Shown here: in pieces, positions 8,790-20,616 of the stretch | Position numbering within the stretch: the stretch's first letter is position 1 | Layout of the letters: every line of letters begins with the position of its first letter | DNA from: a virus | Taxonomy: Duplodnaviria; Heunggongvirae; Uroviricota; Caudoviricetes | DNA: 64,000 nt | Reading direction: 5' to 3' (one strand) | Virus record (IMG/VR): IMGVR_UViG_3300028549_003773 | The notes under the pieces: generated by a model | The model's database searches: none | Told to the model about the DNA's origin: nothing | What the model saw: only the letters and a program-made list of their open reading frames with translations | Translations under genes and position numbers: made by a program

Positions 8790-8839
8790 GTTGGTACATG
8801 TACCAACTTTTAGGTATTGTACTGGGTACATGTAGCAAC
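8790..8839. promoter_or_regulatory. second operator cluster: GTTGGTACATGTACCAAC and hybrid GGGTACATGTAGCAAC
   Basis: 18-bp perfect palindrome at 8790-8807 and a hybrid of the two half-site types at 8824-8839, each followed by CTTTT; in a 700-bp gene-poor region. Confidence 0.7.
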
Positions 8840-8956
8840 TTTTAAAGTGTGGTACTTTATATTTTTTTGTTTGATTTTTTTATTGACAAAAAAGTGTGAC
8901 TATTATGCACCCATATATCGTAATTACATATTTTTTAGTAGTAATAATATAGTAGT

Positions 8957-9116
8957 ATAGTACAACAATTATAGTAGAAAAGCAGTACAACAATTATAGT
9001 AGAAAAGCAGTACAACAATTATAGTAGAAAAGCAGTACAACAATTATAGTAGAAAAGCAGTACAACAATTATAGTAGAAAAGCAGTACAACAATTATGGT
9101 AGAAAAGCAGTACAAA
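8957..9116. repeat. tandem direct repeats, 25-bp unit AGCAGTACAACAATTATAGTAGAAA x ~6 (iteron-like)
   Basis: exact head-to-tail copies read directly; last copy has one substitution (attatGgtag); array ends 28 bp before the RBS of the ORF at 9145. Confidence 0.9.
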
Positions 9117-9144
9117 AGAAAAAAATAAAAAGAGGAGTGATGCT

Positions 9145-9549
9145 ATGTTCACTACTAGTAAGTTATGTTCTATCTTTAACATTAAATTATGTAAGTTAAG
9201 GATGTGGTTGAATAATGACTACGTTAGGTATTCTGTTGGATCTCCTGGGCAAGGTATGAAGGGGTATTTTGATTATAAAGAACTTCTCATAGCCGCGCTT
9301 TTTATTTATTTAATAGATGAACTGGGTATGTGTAGAGATAATGCCAAAGTTATCACAGGGGATTTGCATTATTACCCGCGAGAATTTTTTGTAGTAGATA
9401 GTACTATATATTATAATAAAGAAGTAGGTATATGGAGTAACAAAACTGCTGTTCATATACCAAAAGAAAATAAAATTGTACTTACTATACCTTTTTATAT
9501 TATAATAAATAAGTACTTAAATGACTATAAGGAGCAATACTATGTCTGA
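9145..9549 (+). CDS. hypothetical protein
   Basis: 134-aa ORF with RBS aagaggagtgatgct before the ATG. Confidence 0.5.
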   Translation: MFTTSKLCSIFNIKLCKLRMWLNNDYVRYSVGSPGQGMKGYFDYKELLIAALFIYLIDELGMCRDNAKVITGDLHYYPREFFVVDSTIYYNKEVGIWSNKTAVHIPKENKIVLTIPFYIIINKYLNDYKEQYYV

Positions 9550-11390
9550 CAAAAGGGAAGTAGATAAATTAGAAGACAACATTAAGTACAAAGCTAAGAT
9601 GGAGATTTCATACTTTTGTAAAAAAGGAGCTCTACTTACTGGTAAATTTATTAAAAAAAATATACCTTTTGATGTATCTCACAGGCAAGGAATAGATGCT
9701 TTTTTCAAGAAGATCGTCAACTGCAAAAAATAAATAATAATAACAACATAGGAGCACAACAATGTCAATAGAAGCAATTATAAAGTTTAAAAAGCAAATT
9801 AGCAAGGTATTGCATGAAGCATCTACTAGCCTATCATACAACGGTTGTAATGATATACCAGATTCTTTTTGGGAGGGACTTACAGAAAAAGATAAATGTT
9901 TTCTTATTAATGAAGCTGTTATGGAAGGCTTAATAGATAAAGATTCTGGTACTTGGATTGCTGATTCTACTGTTGCTGAATTATTTTCTAAATGGTTTAA
10001 AGAGTTAGAGAGTGAATCTGATTCTGTTGAAAATTGGTTAAAACATTTTGATTATTAACTTTTAGCCTGCGCAAATAAAATATAAGGAGAATTATTATGC
10101 CTTTCGCAGATATTGCAATAGGAATATTGATTATATTTTGGTCACTGGGCATGCCTATGCTCATTTACTTGGATACAGACATTAGGGCAGTTATAAAAAA
10201 AATGAGTAGCACTGATCATTTGGCTATGTTTGGTGTTTATCTAATAGTTCCGATCATTTGGTCATGCGTGATATTTATTAAGTAGTAATACTATTAGCTT
10301 ATAACTATTAAATAATTAATTATGAGAGTATAATGACAACTTTTATATGTGTATTATTATTGTTTTTTCTTTTGAACATACCTTTGTCAGCAGCATTATT
10401 ACAGTACTGTAAGTATACCACTAATACTTTCATTAAGTTTATTTTTGTATTATTTTTTATAGGTATTCAATATTTAGCTTTTACAGTTTTTTCTGAAGCT
10501 TATTTAAAATATGTTCATTAACACTTTTCCAGCCAGCACAAATAAAATTAGTACAAAAGGAGCATGCATATGAACACACGTTCTGATACATATCTTAATG
10601 CTTGTGAAATTAAAAAGAGGTTTGGTGTTGCTGTTATACGTAAATGTTTATGTACTTCTATTAGACTTAATGATAGTTATTGGATTAAAGTTTATTCTAT
10701 TGCTTTAAATATTAGATAACATTCTGGTCGTTATTCCTCGCCCGCGCAAAAATTATAAGGAGAACTATTATGCTTCTACAAACTAAATACAACATAGGTG
10801 AAACTATAAAGTTTCATCCGTTTGGAAAAATGGGCCTTACAAAAACATATTGATCAGTTAGGTGATTTTTTAACCAGAGAAGAAGCTATGAAAATTGCTA
10901 TCACCGCCGGGCAAAAAGTTGATATAGAACGAGGTTGTGGTGGATTATCACACATGTTATTCAGTGAAGGACTTTATTAAAATAATACTTGAGAGGTGAA
11001 ATATGCTAATTTCTACAGCTACAAAAAATGAGCACACTAGAGGTAAGTACCCATGTTTAATGATAACTACTGATGGTTTAATAGTATTATTCTCAGACAA
11101 GGGAAAAGGTACAGTAGTGCATACAGAATCGAATACAAATTATATTTTAGGTACCTATGGTTCATATTGGTCCATGGAAGCATTTAAACCATATAGTGGA
11201 AGAGTAACTATAGAATAAATAGTAATTAATTAGTAGTAAATTACCATTAATTAGTAGTAGTAATATAAACCAGTTGTAAAGTACCATAATTCTGCATCAA
11301 AAATACTGTTGTTACACATAGTTACATACTTGTTACATAACTGTAAAAAATTGCATAGTAATAAACAAATATCTTAAAAAGGAATTTACA

Positions 11391-12062
11391 ATGAGTGAAA
11401 TTGATTTTTGCAATCGGCCTAGAAAAAGAAATATTGAGACATATAATGCTTCTTTAGTAACTTCAACTGGTGGTTGGTTTGGCTTGACTGCAAACAATGA
11501 TGAATGGCATTATGATACATACAAAAGAATTCTTAGAAAAGATTCACCTTTTGTAATAGTAGATAAAGATCCAGTAATAGTTAAAGGCATTAATGAACGT
11601 GCTAAAATAAGTCAGACAGATATTACAACACATTGTGGAGATCTTTTTGAAGTATTAAGATCATTAGAACGACCGGAAGTTAGAGTACCATTATTTACTT
11701 ATGGACATTTTGATTTTTGTTCAGCTGCATCATCCATGCAACATAATGCTAAATTAGAGCAACATATTTGGTGGCTCGCGCAATGGAATGACCTTAAAGA
11801 TACATTCTTCTTTGATATGACATTTTGTACGAGAAGGGATTTGTACAGAGGTTATGAAACCATTATGGACAAAACAATACCTCAAGCTTTTGGATCTTGT
11901 GGGTGGGATGTGTATAACCCAAAAACACCATATGCGATAAATGGTGGTATAAACCCACTTAAATTAACACAAGACCACGTATCTTTTATACGTAGATATG
12001 CAGACGGTAGTCCAATGGTAAATGCAATGTATAAAGTTGTAAGGAAATATAGCAATAAATAA
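11391..12062 (+). CDS. hypothetical protein
   Basis: 223-aa ORF with RBS aaaaggaatttaca before the ATG; no motif recognised. Confidence 0.55.
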   Translation: MSEIDFCNRPRKRNIETYNASLVTSTGGWFGLTANNDEWHYDTYKRILRKDSPFVIVDKDPVIVKGINERAKISQTDITTHCGDLFEVLRSLERPEVRVPLFTYGHFDFCSAASSMQHNAKLEQHIWWLAQWNDLKDTFFFDMTFCTRRDLYRGYETIMDKTIPQAFGSCGWDVYNPKTPYAINGGINPLKLTQDHVSFIRRYADGSPMVNAMYKVVRKYSNK

Positions 12063-12294
12063 TCACTTTTAAAAATAAAATGGTGAATTATAATGAACAA
12101 AAGATGGATACCTATACGAATTGCTGAACTTGATGGGTCTATAACGCAATATACTGTTTTAGCTAACTCTGATACAATTTCAATGGAAGAAGCTAAAAAA
12201 CTTATTCGTGATTGTGCGACTTTAGATGCTTTATTCCAGCTGCCAAAAAATTCCTTAATCAATTAAATAAATTATATAAATTAGGAGAATTATT

Positions 12295-12894
12295 ATGAAT
12301 ATTGCACCACGTGTAAATGATGTACTTGACCAATTTATGCTCGACCATTGCGTAGGTTCTTACAATGTAAGCAAGCCTGAGTTTAAAGTAAGAGCAAAAA
12401 GGTTAAAACTTCTATGTGACAAGTATCGTAAAGAACCAGAACCAGGAGATACGTTAATAAGTGCTGAACTGACTCTTAATGGTGGTTCATTCAATTTTCA
12501 TGTAATGGAAGAATTAACGCATGCATCAAAAGAAAATGAATGTCGTCATCATTTTCTAGCAGCGTCGTCAAAATCAGTTTTCATTGAACCACTGGATTAT
12601 CCAAATATTGAACCATATAATAGACAACCTCCTTATTATATTGGGTTAGGATACGCTCAGTTTGAAGAACCAGTATCATCAGAAACTTTAAGAGTGTACA
12701 TTCAAAAAGGAAATTACGAAGTTTCTTTATATACATCATTTGATGAGTATTATTTTAATGATTTCTGGTCTAATGTAACTATAGGTCTGGCAATCAAAAA
12801 AGAAGACATAGAAAGCTTCCTATTAAAACTTGGTAAAGTTTTAAATTTTGATGTAGTTATTATGGAACAAATAATTAACTTGTCCGAAAAATAA
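12295..12894 (+). CDS. hypothetical protein
   Basis: 199-aa ORF with RBS ttaggagaattatt before the ATG. Confidence 0.55.
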   Translation: MNIAPRVNDVLDQFMLDHCVGSYNVSKPEFKVRAKRLKLLCDKYRKEPEPGDTLISAELTLNGGSFNFHVMEELTHASKENECRHHFLAASSKSVFIEPLDYPNIEPYNRQPPYYIGLGYAQFEEPVSSETLRVYIQKGNYEVSLYTSFDEYYFNDFWSNVTIGLAIKKEDIESFLLKLGKVLNFDVVIMEQIINLSEK

Positions 12895-12905
12895 AAGGAG
12901 CACTC

Positions 12906-13130
12906 ATGAAAAAAATTAGTTTATTAATATTAAGTTTAGTTTTGTTTACATTAGTTGGTTGTAAAGATGATGATTTTCACACACCTGGCATACAAAAAGA
13001 AAATTTTAAAACTGTTTGTTTAGATGGTGTAACTTATTATATGTTTTGTGATGGTCAAGGTTACGTAGGTTATGGGTACATGAGTGTTAAACTCGATAGA
13101 AATAGCAAGATAGTACCTTGTTCAAATTAG
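12906..13130 (+). CDS. small lipoprotein (lipobox LVGC)
   Basis: MKKISLLILSLVLFTLVGCKDD has a signal peptide plus lipobox; RBS aaaaggagcactc. Confidence 0.5.
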   Translation: MKKISLLILSLVLFTLVGCKDDDFHTPGIQKENFKTVCLDGVTYYMFCDGQGYVGYGYMSVKLDRNSKIVPCSN

Positions 13131-14047
13131 TACAACTTATTAAAAACTAAAAAAATAGGTGACTATTATGCTTATTGGTTTTGTTATTGTTTTAAAAGTT
13201 AATAAGGATACTTTTGACTACTTTGCAATTGATCATACTAGTGGTGGTTATCCTTATTGGACACGTTTAGTTAAAAATGCTAAAATTTTTGAAACAAAAG
13301 AAGATGCTGAAAAAGAATTAACATCAGATGCGTTTACTAAAAATAGTATAATGACTGACGGTACTATGCTTCCTCCAAGTATGGTACAAAGTGGTGCAAA
13401 TATAAATTATAGAAAAAAATCAGGTACAGCAGAAATTGCAATTTCAAAACTTGAAGTAGTATTAGGTAATTGTATAGAATTTTTTGGAGAAATTAAAAAA
13501 CCAACAGGAATCACTTATGATAAAATTTATTTAATCTAATCTTTTATATTTCTTTAACCTGGTAACTATATGAATCTGTATAAAAAAGAACAGGCAGAGC
13601 TTAAGAAGAAAGAGTTAGTTGTTAAATGTACAGAAGATTTTGCTAAAGGCAATACTGTTAGAGCAATAAGAAATTATTGTGATGGTAATTCAACATCAAC
13701 ATTGGACGCTTTTAAATTACTTAGAACACTTTCTAAAATTAAAAAATGAGGTGTACCGTGTCTAATATGTATACTCAAAAAAATACCAATGTCGAAGCAA
13801 GGCAAGTAACTGCTGATAATTTAGAAGAAATTGAATTATGGTGCCTAGGTAGTATTAAGGGCACCATGTTACCAAGAGAGCAGAGAGCAATTGACATCTG
13901 GTGCCAGTATGCTGATTCAGAGTTTAGAGCGGAAGTAGGAGATTATATTTTACATGATAAAGACTATGATTTATGGTCAGTAATGAGTAAACGTCTGTTT
14001 AATAGATTATATTCTAAAGTTTCTTAAAAGCTGAAATGATTGATTAG

Positions 14048-14245
14048 TTGATAGGAGCAGATATGTCGGCATTCAAAAAAAGAAAACAGGAACGAAAAGA
14101 TTATTTTGATAAGTTTGTGTTTGGTTGGAAAGAACGGCCATGTACAGCTTGTAATGGATCTGGATACTATGACCATAATGGTAGCCCTCGTTGTGGTTCC
14201 TGCGACGGAACAGGAAAGGAAAAATACAAACCAAATGATGAATAA
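14048..14245 (+). CDS. small protein with DnaJ-type CxxCxGxG zinc-finger repeats
   Basis: CTACNGSG ... CGSCDGTG. Confidence 0.45.
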   Translation: MIGADMSAFKKRKQERKDYFDKFVFGWKERPCTACNGSGYYDHNGSPRCGSCDGTGKEKYKPNDE

Positions 14246-15365
14246 GCAAGAGTTTGATGCACTTGAAGTTAAGCCTCAACGTGAGGGGTTTTATCTCGTT
14301 ACAATGTTTCAGTTTGCTAAATTGAAGACTGAACATCCTGATTATATTAAGGATTGGCTTCAATTTAAAGAAGAAGAATGGGATTACGGCGGTTACGCTG
14401 GTAATTGCTACGTATGTTTCATACATGCAAGAGATGGTATATAATAGTTTAATTATTGCACAGCCTTCCAGGCGTCAAATTTATTTACTTGTTATACTGG
14501 AGAAAACAAAATGAGTAAAACAATGCAGCGCAAAATATCAGCACGAAATGAAAAGCACAGAAGATTTTTACACGGAGCGAAACAAGCGAAAGCACAACTC
14601 GAACTTTGTAAAGATGAGTTATTTGGTTGCTCATTAGAATGGTATCCAAGGTGTATGGCATGGCGAGCAGGCTTTTTGAAGAATGGTGGAAAAAAGTTTT
14701 GGTAGTATAACGTGCGAATAACCTGTAACTATTTTTTAAAAGGAGATACATGATGTGGAAATTTACTTGCTACAATGGCACTGTTTGGACAAGCGGACAT
14801 GTTTTTCTGTTTGAAGCTATTGAATCGTTCATGCATGCAACTAATTTGCATACTATGGATATTAAAAAGATAGAAAATTTAACACAATAGGTAAAGTATA
14901 TGCCAGAACAAATATTTAAGTATGCCGTAATATCACACAAAAGAGTTTTCTATAGTCTATGCACAAATGAAAAGCAAGCATTAGAACTTATTGAAAAAGA
15001 AGTACATAAGGGTTATATAGTGAATGACTTCACAATACTCTATGCCGAACATGGTTTAAGGTCATTAAATTGCTCAATGACACCAAAAATTGAACAACCA
15101 TAATATACTTATGAATCATTTAATAAACATCTCATTTACATACGAAGGAGTTAGGTATAGTTCTAATCATCAAGTAGTGCGTCTTAGTGAAGACAACAAG
15201 CCAAGGTCTAAAGATCATGAGGATGATTTAAAGTTTTCTATGTATCGTAGATTAACTAATGTTGGGGCTTTACTGCCGGAGCATAGAGGTTTAGATAAAT
15301 GTCAAGCATGTCTTCTTATAGAAAACTTTCAAATAACAATAAAAATATAATAACTTGGTGAGACT

Positions 15366-15782
15366 ATGAAACGTATTGTGGTTATTCTAATGTTTATTTT
15401 TGCTTTTTCTGCTATTAGTGCTCAAGCAAATTGGATAAGTAATTTTTATAAAACTTACACAGGGAAAGGTATTGATTACGCAGTAGGCGATGCTTTAAAA
15501 GAAGGCAAAAGTCCAGAAGAAATTGTTAAAATAGGTATAATAATTGATGGTCTTAGTTCTCAGGAATTAATAAGGGCACTCTACTGTGAAGGAGCTAAAG
15601 GGGATGATATTAGAGCCGCAGCCAAAAAGTTTGATATATCTGAAAAGACTTTAGTAACAGGTTATAAAAAAAATATCGATGAATGTTATAAAAAAACCAG
15701 CGAAAGTATAAGCAAAACATACAGTAGTGTTTATGCTGGAAGAAATTTACCAAATGTGAGTCCATCTAAGTTCAAAGAATAA
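15366..15782 (+). CDS. secreted hypothetical protein
   Basis: MKRIVVILMFIFAFSAISAQA is a signal peptide. Confidence 0.5.
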   Translation: MKRIVVILMFIFAFSAISAQANWISNFYKTYTGKGIDYAVGDALKEGKSPEEIVKIGIIIDGLSSQELIRALYCEGAKGDDIRAAAKKFDISEKTLVTGYKKNIDECYKKTSESISKTYSSVYAGRNLPNVSPSKFKE

Positions 15783-18738
15783 ACACATTTATAAATTTTG
15801 TTAAATGAAGGAGTAAGTAATGAACAAGAAAAGTAGAAAAAAGAAGAAAACTAAAATTATAACCTGTAGAATACCCTTACCACCTTTAACAAAATTTCAT
15901 AGTCCTGAAAAAAAGAAATATAAACGGATTAAAAATATAAAACCGGAGGATGATTAAATGTATGAACTGTTGATATTAGGAACATTAAAAATATTTACAA
16001 TAGTCGTATTTGTTTTGTTAGTAATGTTTATACTTGAACTTAACCTTTTAAACAATATAAACAAGTCAAGTACATACATACCAGTTTGGTACAAAGATAC
16101 TAAAATGTACTATAAATGGTTTAAAGAGAATGGTAATACAGCTTTATATGTAAAGATTTTTAAAAGATATTATAGAATTTCAAGGGAGTTTAAAACAACT
16201 TTAATAGCTGATTTAGAAAACAACATAGACAAAAAAAGTATAAAATTGTATGTATTTTATATCTTATATGACCTCTTAAAAAATAATTTATATACTAAGG
16301 TAAAATAAATGAAACCAATAAAAATAATTTTTTATTTATTGAAGATGTTTATACTGGGTATATTTAAAAAGCAGAAAAAGAAATATACATTAGATAATTT
16401 GTATGAATTAAACGGTACTAAACTTCAGTATGTTTCAACAGATTTATGCATGCCAGTTTATATAGCACAAATTAGTAAGGAAGGCATATCTTTAGCTGGT
16501 AGATGGTATGATAAATATGACAAAAAATATGAAGATAAAGACTCATTAATTTTTTGTATCAATAATAAAAATCATATCGCAGCAAATACTTTTAATGAAA
16601 AGATATACTTAGAAAAAATAAATTATGTAGTTAACACAGGGGTATTATTCTTTAATAACGCAACAATTAAAAATAGTTATTTTTTAAGTACTATAGATCA
16701 TTTATGTGCTTTTAAATAAAGTATTATTTTGTAAAATAATAAACAGGAGAATATTATGAATAATGAAGAATATTTTGGCCCAAGCCTAGTCGATATTGCT
16801 TATGAAATTATCAATATGCAAAAAGAAATAAACACTTTAAGGGCGGAAAACAAGAGATTATTACAAATAGAAAAAAAATACGATGAGTTATTAGCATCCA
16901 GTCTTAAACACAGTCAAACAATGGCTGGTAATATGCTTAAGTGCCTTCTTACTCCTGGAGTTACTAAGAGTCTTGCAGAAAATGGTACATTCACAAGTTA
17001 ACTTATTAAGTATTACTATTCTTTTAGAAGAATATGAGAAAGAAGGCAAACCTCATTTAAGATTAGGTCAATATTTTGTAGGAAATTATGTTAAATATTC
17101 TTGGCCTGAATTGTTTTATGAAACAAATCAAGAAAAAGCATTAGAGTCAATTTCTTCATATCTAAATCATTATCAATATACTGATGTTCTTCCACAAAAA
17201 ATACAATATTAAGGAGTATAGTATGAGTATAGGTATAGTTTCAGCAATACTTTTAGTACTGCTTGTTTTATCAAATTTATGGTGGTTATTTTATTACACA
17301 AATATTAATAATTATTGGCCTGCTGCTCCTTTAATTGTTATTTCTGTTACTGGTACATTGGTGGCTGTTGTTAGTATGTTTTATCATTTAATCACATTTA
17401 TTTATAAACACTGGTGATAAGAAGTATTTAACATGAAAATTTATAATATTAGAAGGTATGAAGAACCTTCCATGAGTTTTGAAACAAAATTTTATTCAAG
17501 TGAGTATGAATGGTCGTTCCCTGCAACAGATAAATTATCTGAAATAGTACAACGTATAGAAGGATACTATCCAAATGTTACATTACAGTATTCTTCAGGA
17601 GGTTTTAATGTTTTATCTGAAGGATCACATATTGGTACAATAAAACCAACTTATGCTAACAATAATAAAATAACTAACCTTCATAAACTATTCGCTAATG
17701 GGTGATTAGAATGAAAAAACTAATTCCAGGTTTTATTTTATGTTTACTGCTTTTTGCAATAATAGTATGTTTCTCAGTGTTTCATACAATTAGTAAACAT
17801 AGAAATGAAGAATTTAATAAGAAGTTAGCAGATATGATTCCAGGACAAGTATGGTTATGGACATATAAATATGATAAAAAAAACCCTTTTGAAGAAGAAA
17901 CTGTTGTAAAGTTTGTAGTTTTAGAAACTAAAGAAGGTTATGTAAAATATACATATACGTCAAATGTGTTAGACAATTGTACTCTTAAGAGTAAAGATTT
18001 TACTTTTTCAAAAGGAATACAAGATTTTGTTAGAAATAGTGTATCGTTTGAAAAACTTCCATGCAATTCTATACAATAATTTAAATATAGACTATAGGTG
18101 ATATTAAAATGAATACCTCAATTACTTTTGGTAGTGTAATTAAACTTAAGTTTCGTGGAAGAAAGCAACCATTTAGAATCCTTAAAGCTACAGACGTAAT
18201 AAAAGAAGGTGATGCTTGTACCAGCCCATTATTACTTCATAATCCTTTGTGTTACGAAGAAACATTGAAAAAATTTATTGAAAGAATGAGTAGTCTAAAC
18301 TGGGATCTTACTAATACAGGTAGATTTATGATGTCTTCCCAATCAATTGGTGAAACTCCTTCAGATGAACACACAGCGCGCATTTATATTAGACCACTTT
18401 ACAAATAAGGAACATGAGCATGTCTAAAGTAAAATTTAAAGAGTTGCAACTGATAGCATTTTGGAAGCATGATAAATTTCCATTTTGCTTGTACGGAAAA
18501 GTAACAGAAATAGACGAACGTGGGTACGTACAAACGATTGAATACGGCCCTGGAAGGTGTTTTAAACCAGTAATTATACTTCCTATAGTTGTAGCAGAAG
18601 CAGTAATTGGCAACTTGAAAAAGCTTGAAGATGAATATAACAAAGCACGTTCAGAAGTTGATAAGGAGTTTCGTATTACACTTTTAAAAACAATTCCATT
18701 CATGACTGATGTGTTAAAATAAAAACTTTGATTAAAAG

Positions 18739-19311
18739 GTGATATTCATGGAAACTCGTTATGATTCTTACTACGAAAAAGAAATTCCTTATAAAATGTC
18801 ATTAGAAGAATTATTAGCTATTGATTACAAACGTGCAGAAGATTTCTTAGCTTATTTTAGATACATAGGTATTGAAAATGTAAGGGTTATTGTACCAGCC
18901 ACTGCACAAAGAAACATACACAAATCTCCTTTTTTAGGAGTCGCCATGTGTTCTGGAGATAGGGTTGATACTATTTGTAAAATGGTTAATAATGAAAATG
19001 ATTTATATAATCCTTTAATAGAAAAAGGATGCTTAATTCACCCTGGCCATTGGTATCACGCCTATAAAATCGAATTTACTCCTGTAGAATATGAAGGAGT
19101 TATTGAAAGATTTTACATGACAGATTTTTGTGCTATGTTAAATTCTGGACGTGCAAAAATAGTGAGAACCCTACCATTAGCCATAGAACAAGCACAAATT
19201 GAAGAGACACAAAGATTATACGACAACAATATTTGTTTAATTTGTTATACACAACACAACTCAAAGCAAGAAATGCTTAATTGTGATTGTATTGAACATA
19301 AATTACTCTAA
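18739..19311 (+). CDS. hypothetical protein with C-terminal CxxC...QH...CxC motif
   Basis: C-terminus CLICYTQHNSKQEMLNCDC; the next gene shares the same C-terminal pattern. Confidence 0.5.
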   Translation: MIFMETRYDSYYEKEIPYKMSLEELLAIDYKRAEDFLAYFRYIGIENVRVIVPATAQRNIHKSPFLGVAMCSGDRVDTICKMVNNENDLYNPLIEKGCLIHPGHWYHAYKIEFTPVEYEGVIERFYMTDFCAMLNSGRAKIVRTLPLAIEQAQIEETQRLYDNNICLICYTQHNSKQEMLNCDCIEHKLL

Positions 19312-19333
19312 TAAATCTTAAGGAGAAATAGTC

Positions 19334-19819
19334 ATGTATACAAATACTGACAAAATGAAACAAGAAGATAATCTTATATATAATCTTAAGGAATACAGAG
19401 ATAAGTACGGTAGTGGTGTTGAAAATGATATTAGTATTAAAGTAAATCATTCTAAAAATATGAATAATGAAGAAAAACAAGCGCTTATTGTTTGTATACT
19501 AGAGGCTGTAAACAAACATTTAGATGCTACTAATAAAACAGTAACTCCGCTTGATTCATTGAAAAGTACAGGAAAAATACCAGCACATACAGAATGTCCA
19601 GTAAAACATATTTGTGATAAAAAATGTTTGCATTCTGGAAAAAAGCATCTTGTTGATTATAATTGTAAACTTGCCTTAGTACTAGTGTCAACAATGATGA
19701 CATTCGAAGAACACACAAAGTTCTTATTGAAACATTCAATTTGCCCTGTTTGCAACCAGCAGCACAAAACATATGATAATGCAGTTCATTGTAGTTGTTT
19801 GAATATGGAGATAGTATAA
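19334..19819 (+). CDS. hypothetical protein, paralog-like C-terminal CxxC...QH...CxC motif
   Basis: C-terminus CPVCNQQHKTYDNAVHCSC; RBS taaggagaaatagtc. Confidence 0.5.
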   Translation: MYTNTDKMKQEDNLIYNLKEYRDKYGSGVENDISIKVNHSKNMNNEEKQALIVCILEAVNKHLDATNKTVTPLDSLKSTGKIPAHTECPVKHICDKKCLHSGKKHLVDYNCKLALVLVSTMMTFEEHTKFLLKHSICPVCNQQHKTYDNAVHCSCLNMEIV

Positions 19820-19841
19820 TCAATACTAAGGAAACTACTTA

Positions 19842-20378
19842 ATGTGCACTTCAATAAATGATACTGATGTACTTTTAAAAAGAATGTCCGACTTAGAGGC
19901 GGCTAACCAAGCACTTAAAATGCAACTAAGATCAGCTAAAAAAGAAATATTTGATTTGAAGAAAGGAAAAACTACAACAAACGTTAAACATGTAAAATCA
20001 AGAGGAGGATACGAAAAATTTAAAAAGCTTACCATAGACGAAGTACTACCACATATTGGTGCCGGTGGTAAGCTGTTAGTTGGTATTATTGAAGGAGTAA
20101 AAATATATGTCAATACTTCGAGTGTGAGGTTGCAAACTTTTAAAAAGAACTTAGTGTGTGTAGGTTGTGGCATTCAAGGTCTTTATTTCTGGGCCGAATG
20201 CAATCCTGGATGCTTTAACTATCACCTAAACCTTTATGGAGTTAACGAGGCTGGTGACGAAGTACTAATGACAAGAGATCACATAATACCAAGGTCAAAG
20301 AATGGTGCGGACACTATTGGCAACATGCAAACAATGTGTCATAAATGTAACAATAAAAAAGGCAATAAAATACTTTAA
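19842..20378 (+). CDS. HNH endonuclease
   Basis: DHIIPRSKNGADTIGNMQTMCHKCNNKKG is a canonical HNH motif (D-H...N...H/C-x2-C-N); upstream CVGCG pair gives a Cys4 zinc site. Confidence 0.75.
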   Translation: MCTSINDTDVLLKRMSDLEAANQALKMQLRSAKKEIFDLKKGKTTTNVKHVKSRGGYEKFKKLTIDEVLPHIGAGGKLLVGIIEGVKIYVNTSSVRLQTFKKNLVCVGCGIQGLYFWAECNPGCFNYHLNLYGVNEAGDEVLMTRDHIIPRSKNGADTIGNMQTMCHKCNNKKGNKIL

Positions 20379-20616
20379 GGAGATTATCATGATTACTAAA
20401 AACGCTAAGATAATTATACCTAAAAATATTAATAAGTCAGATTACCTCGACTATGCCGCTAAGCAATTAAAAGAAGAGTGCGATAAAGGTTGGAAGATTG
20501 GTGGTATAATTTACTCCACAACAGAAGACAAAACTGTTGTTCTCTACATCTAATAAATTCAAAATTTAATTGGTATAAAAAATTAATAATTAAAAAAACT
20601 AAATAAGGAAAATATC

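Noticed and set aside
8957-9116. Possible CRISPR array
   Set aside because: The 25-bp units are strictly head-to-tail with no intervening spacers, so this is a tandem repeat, not repeat-spacer architecture.
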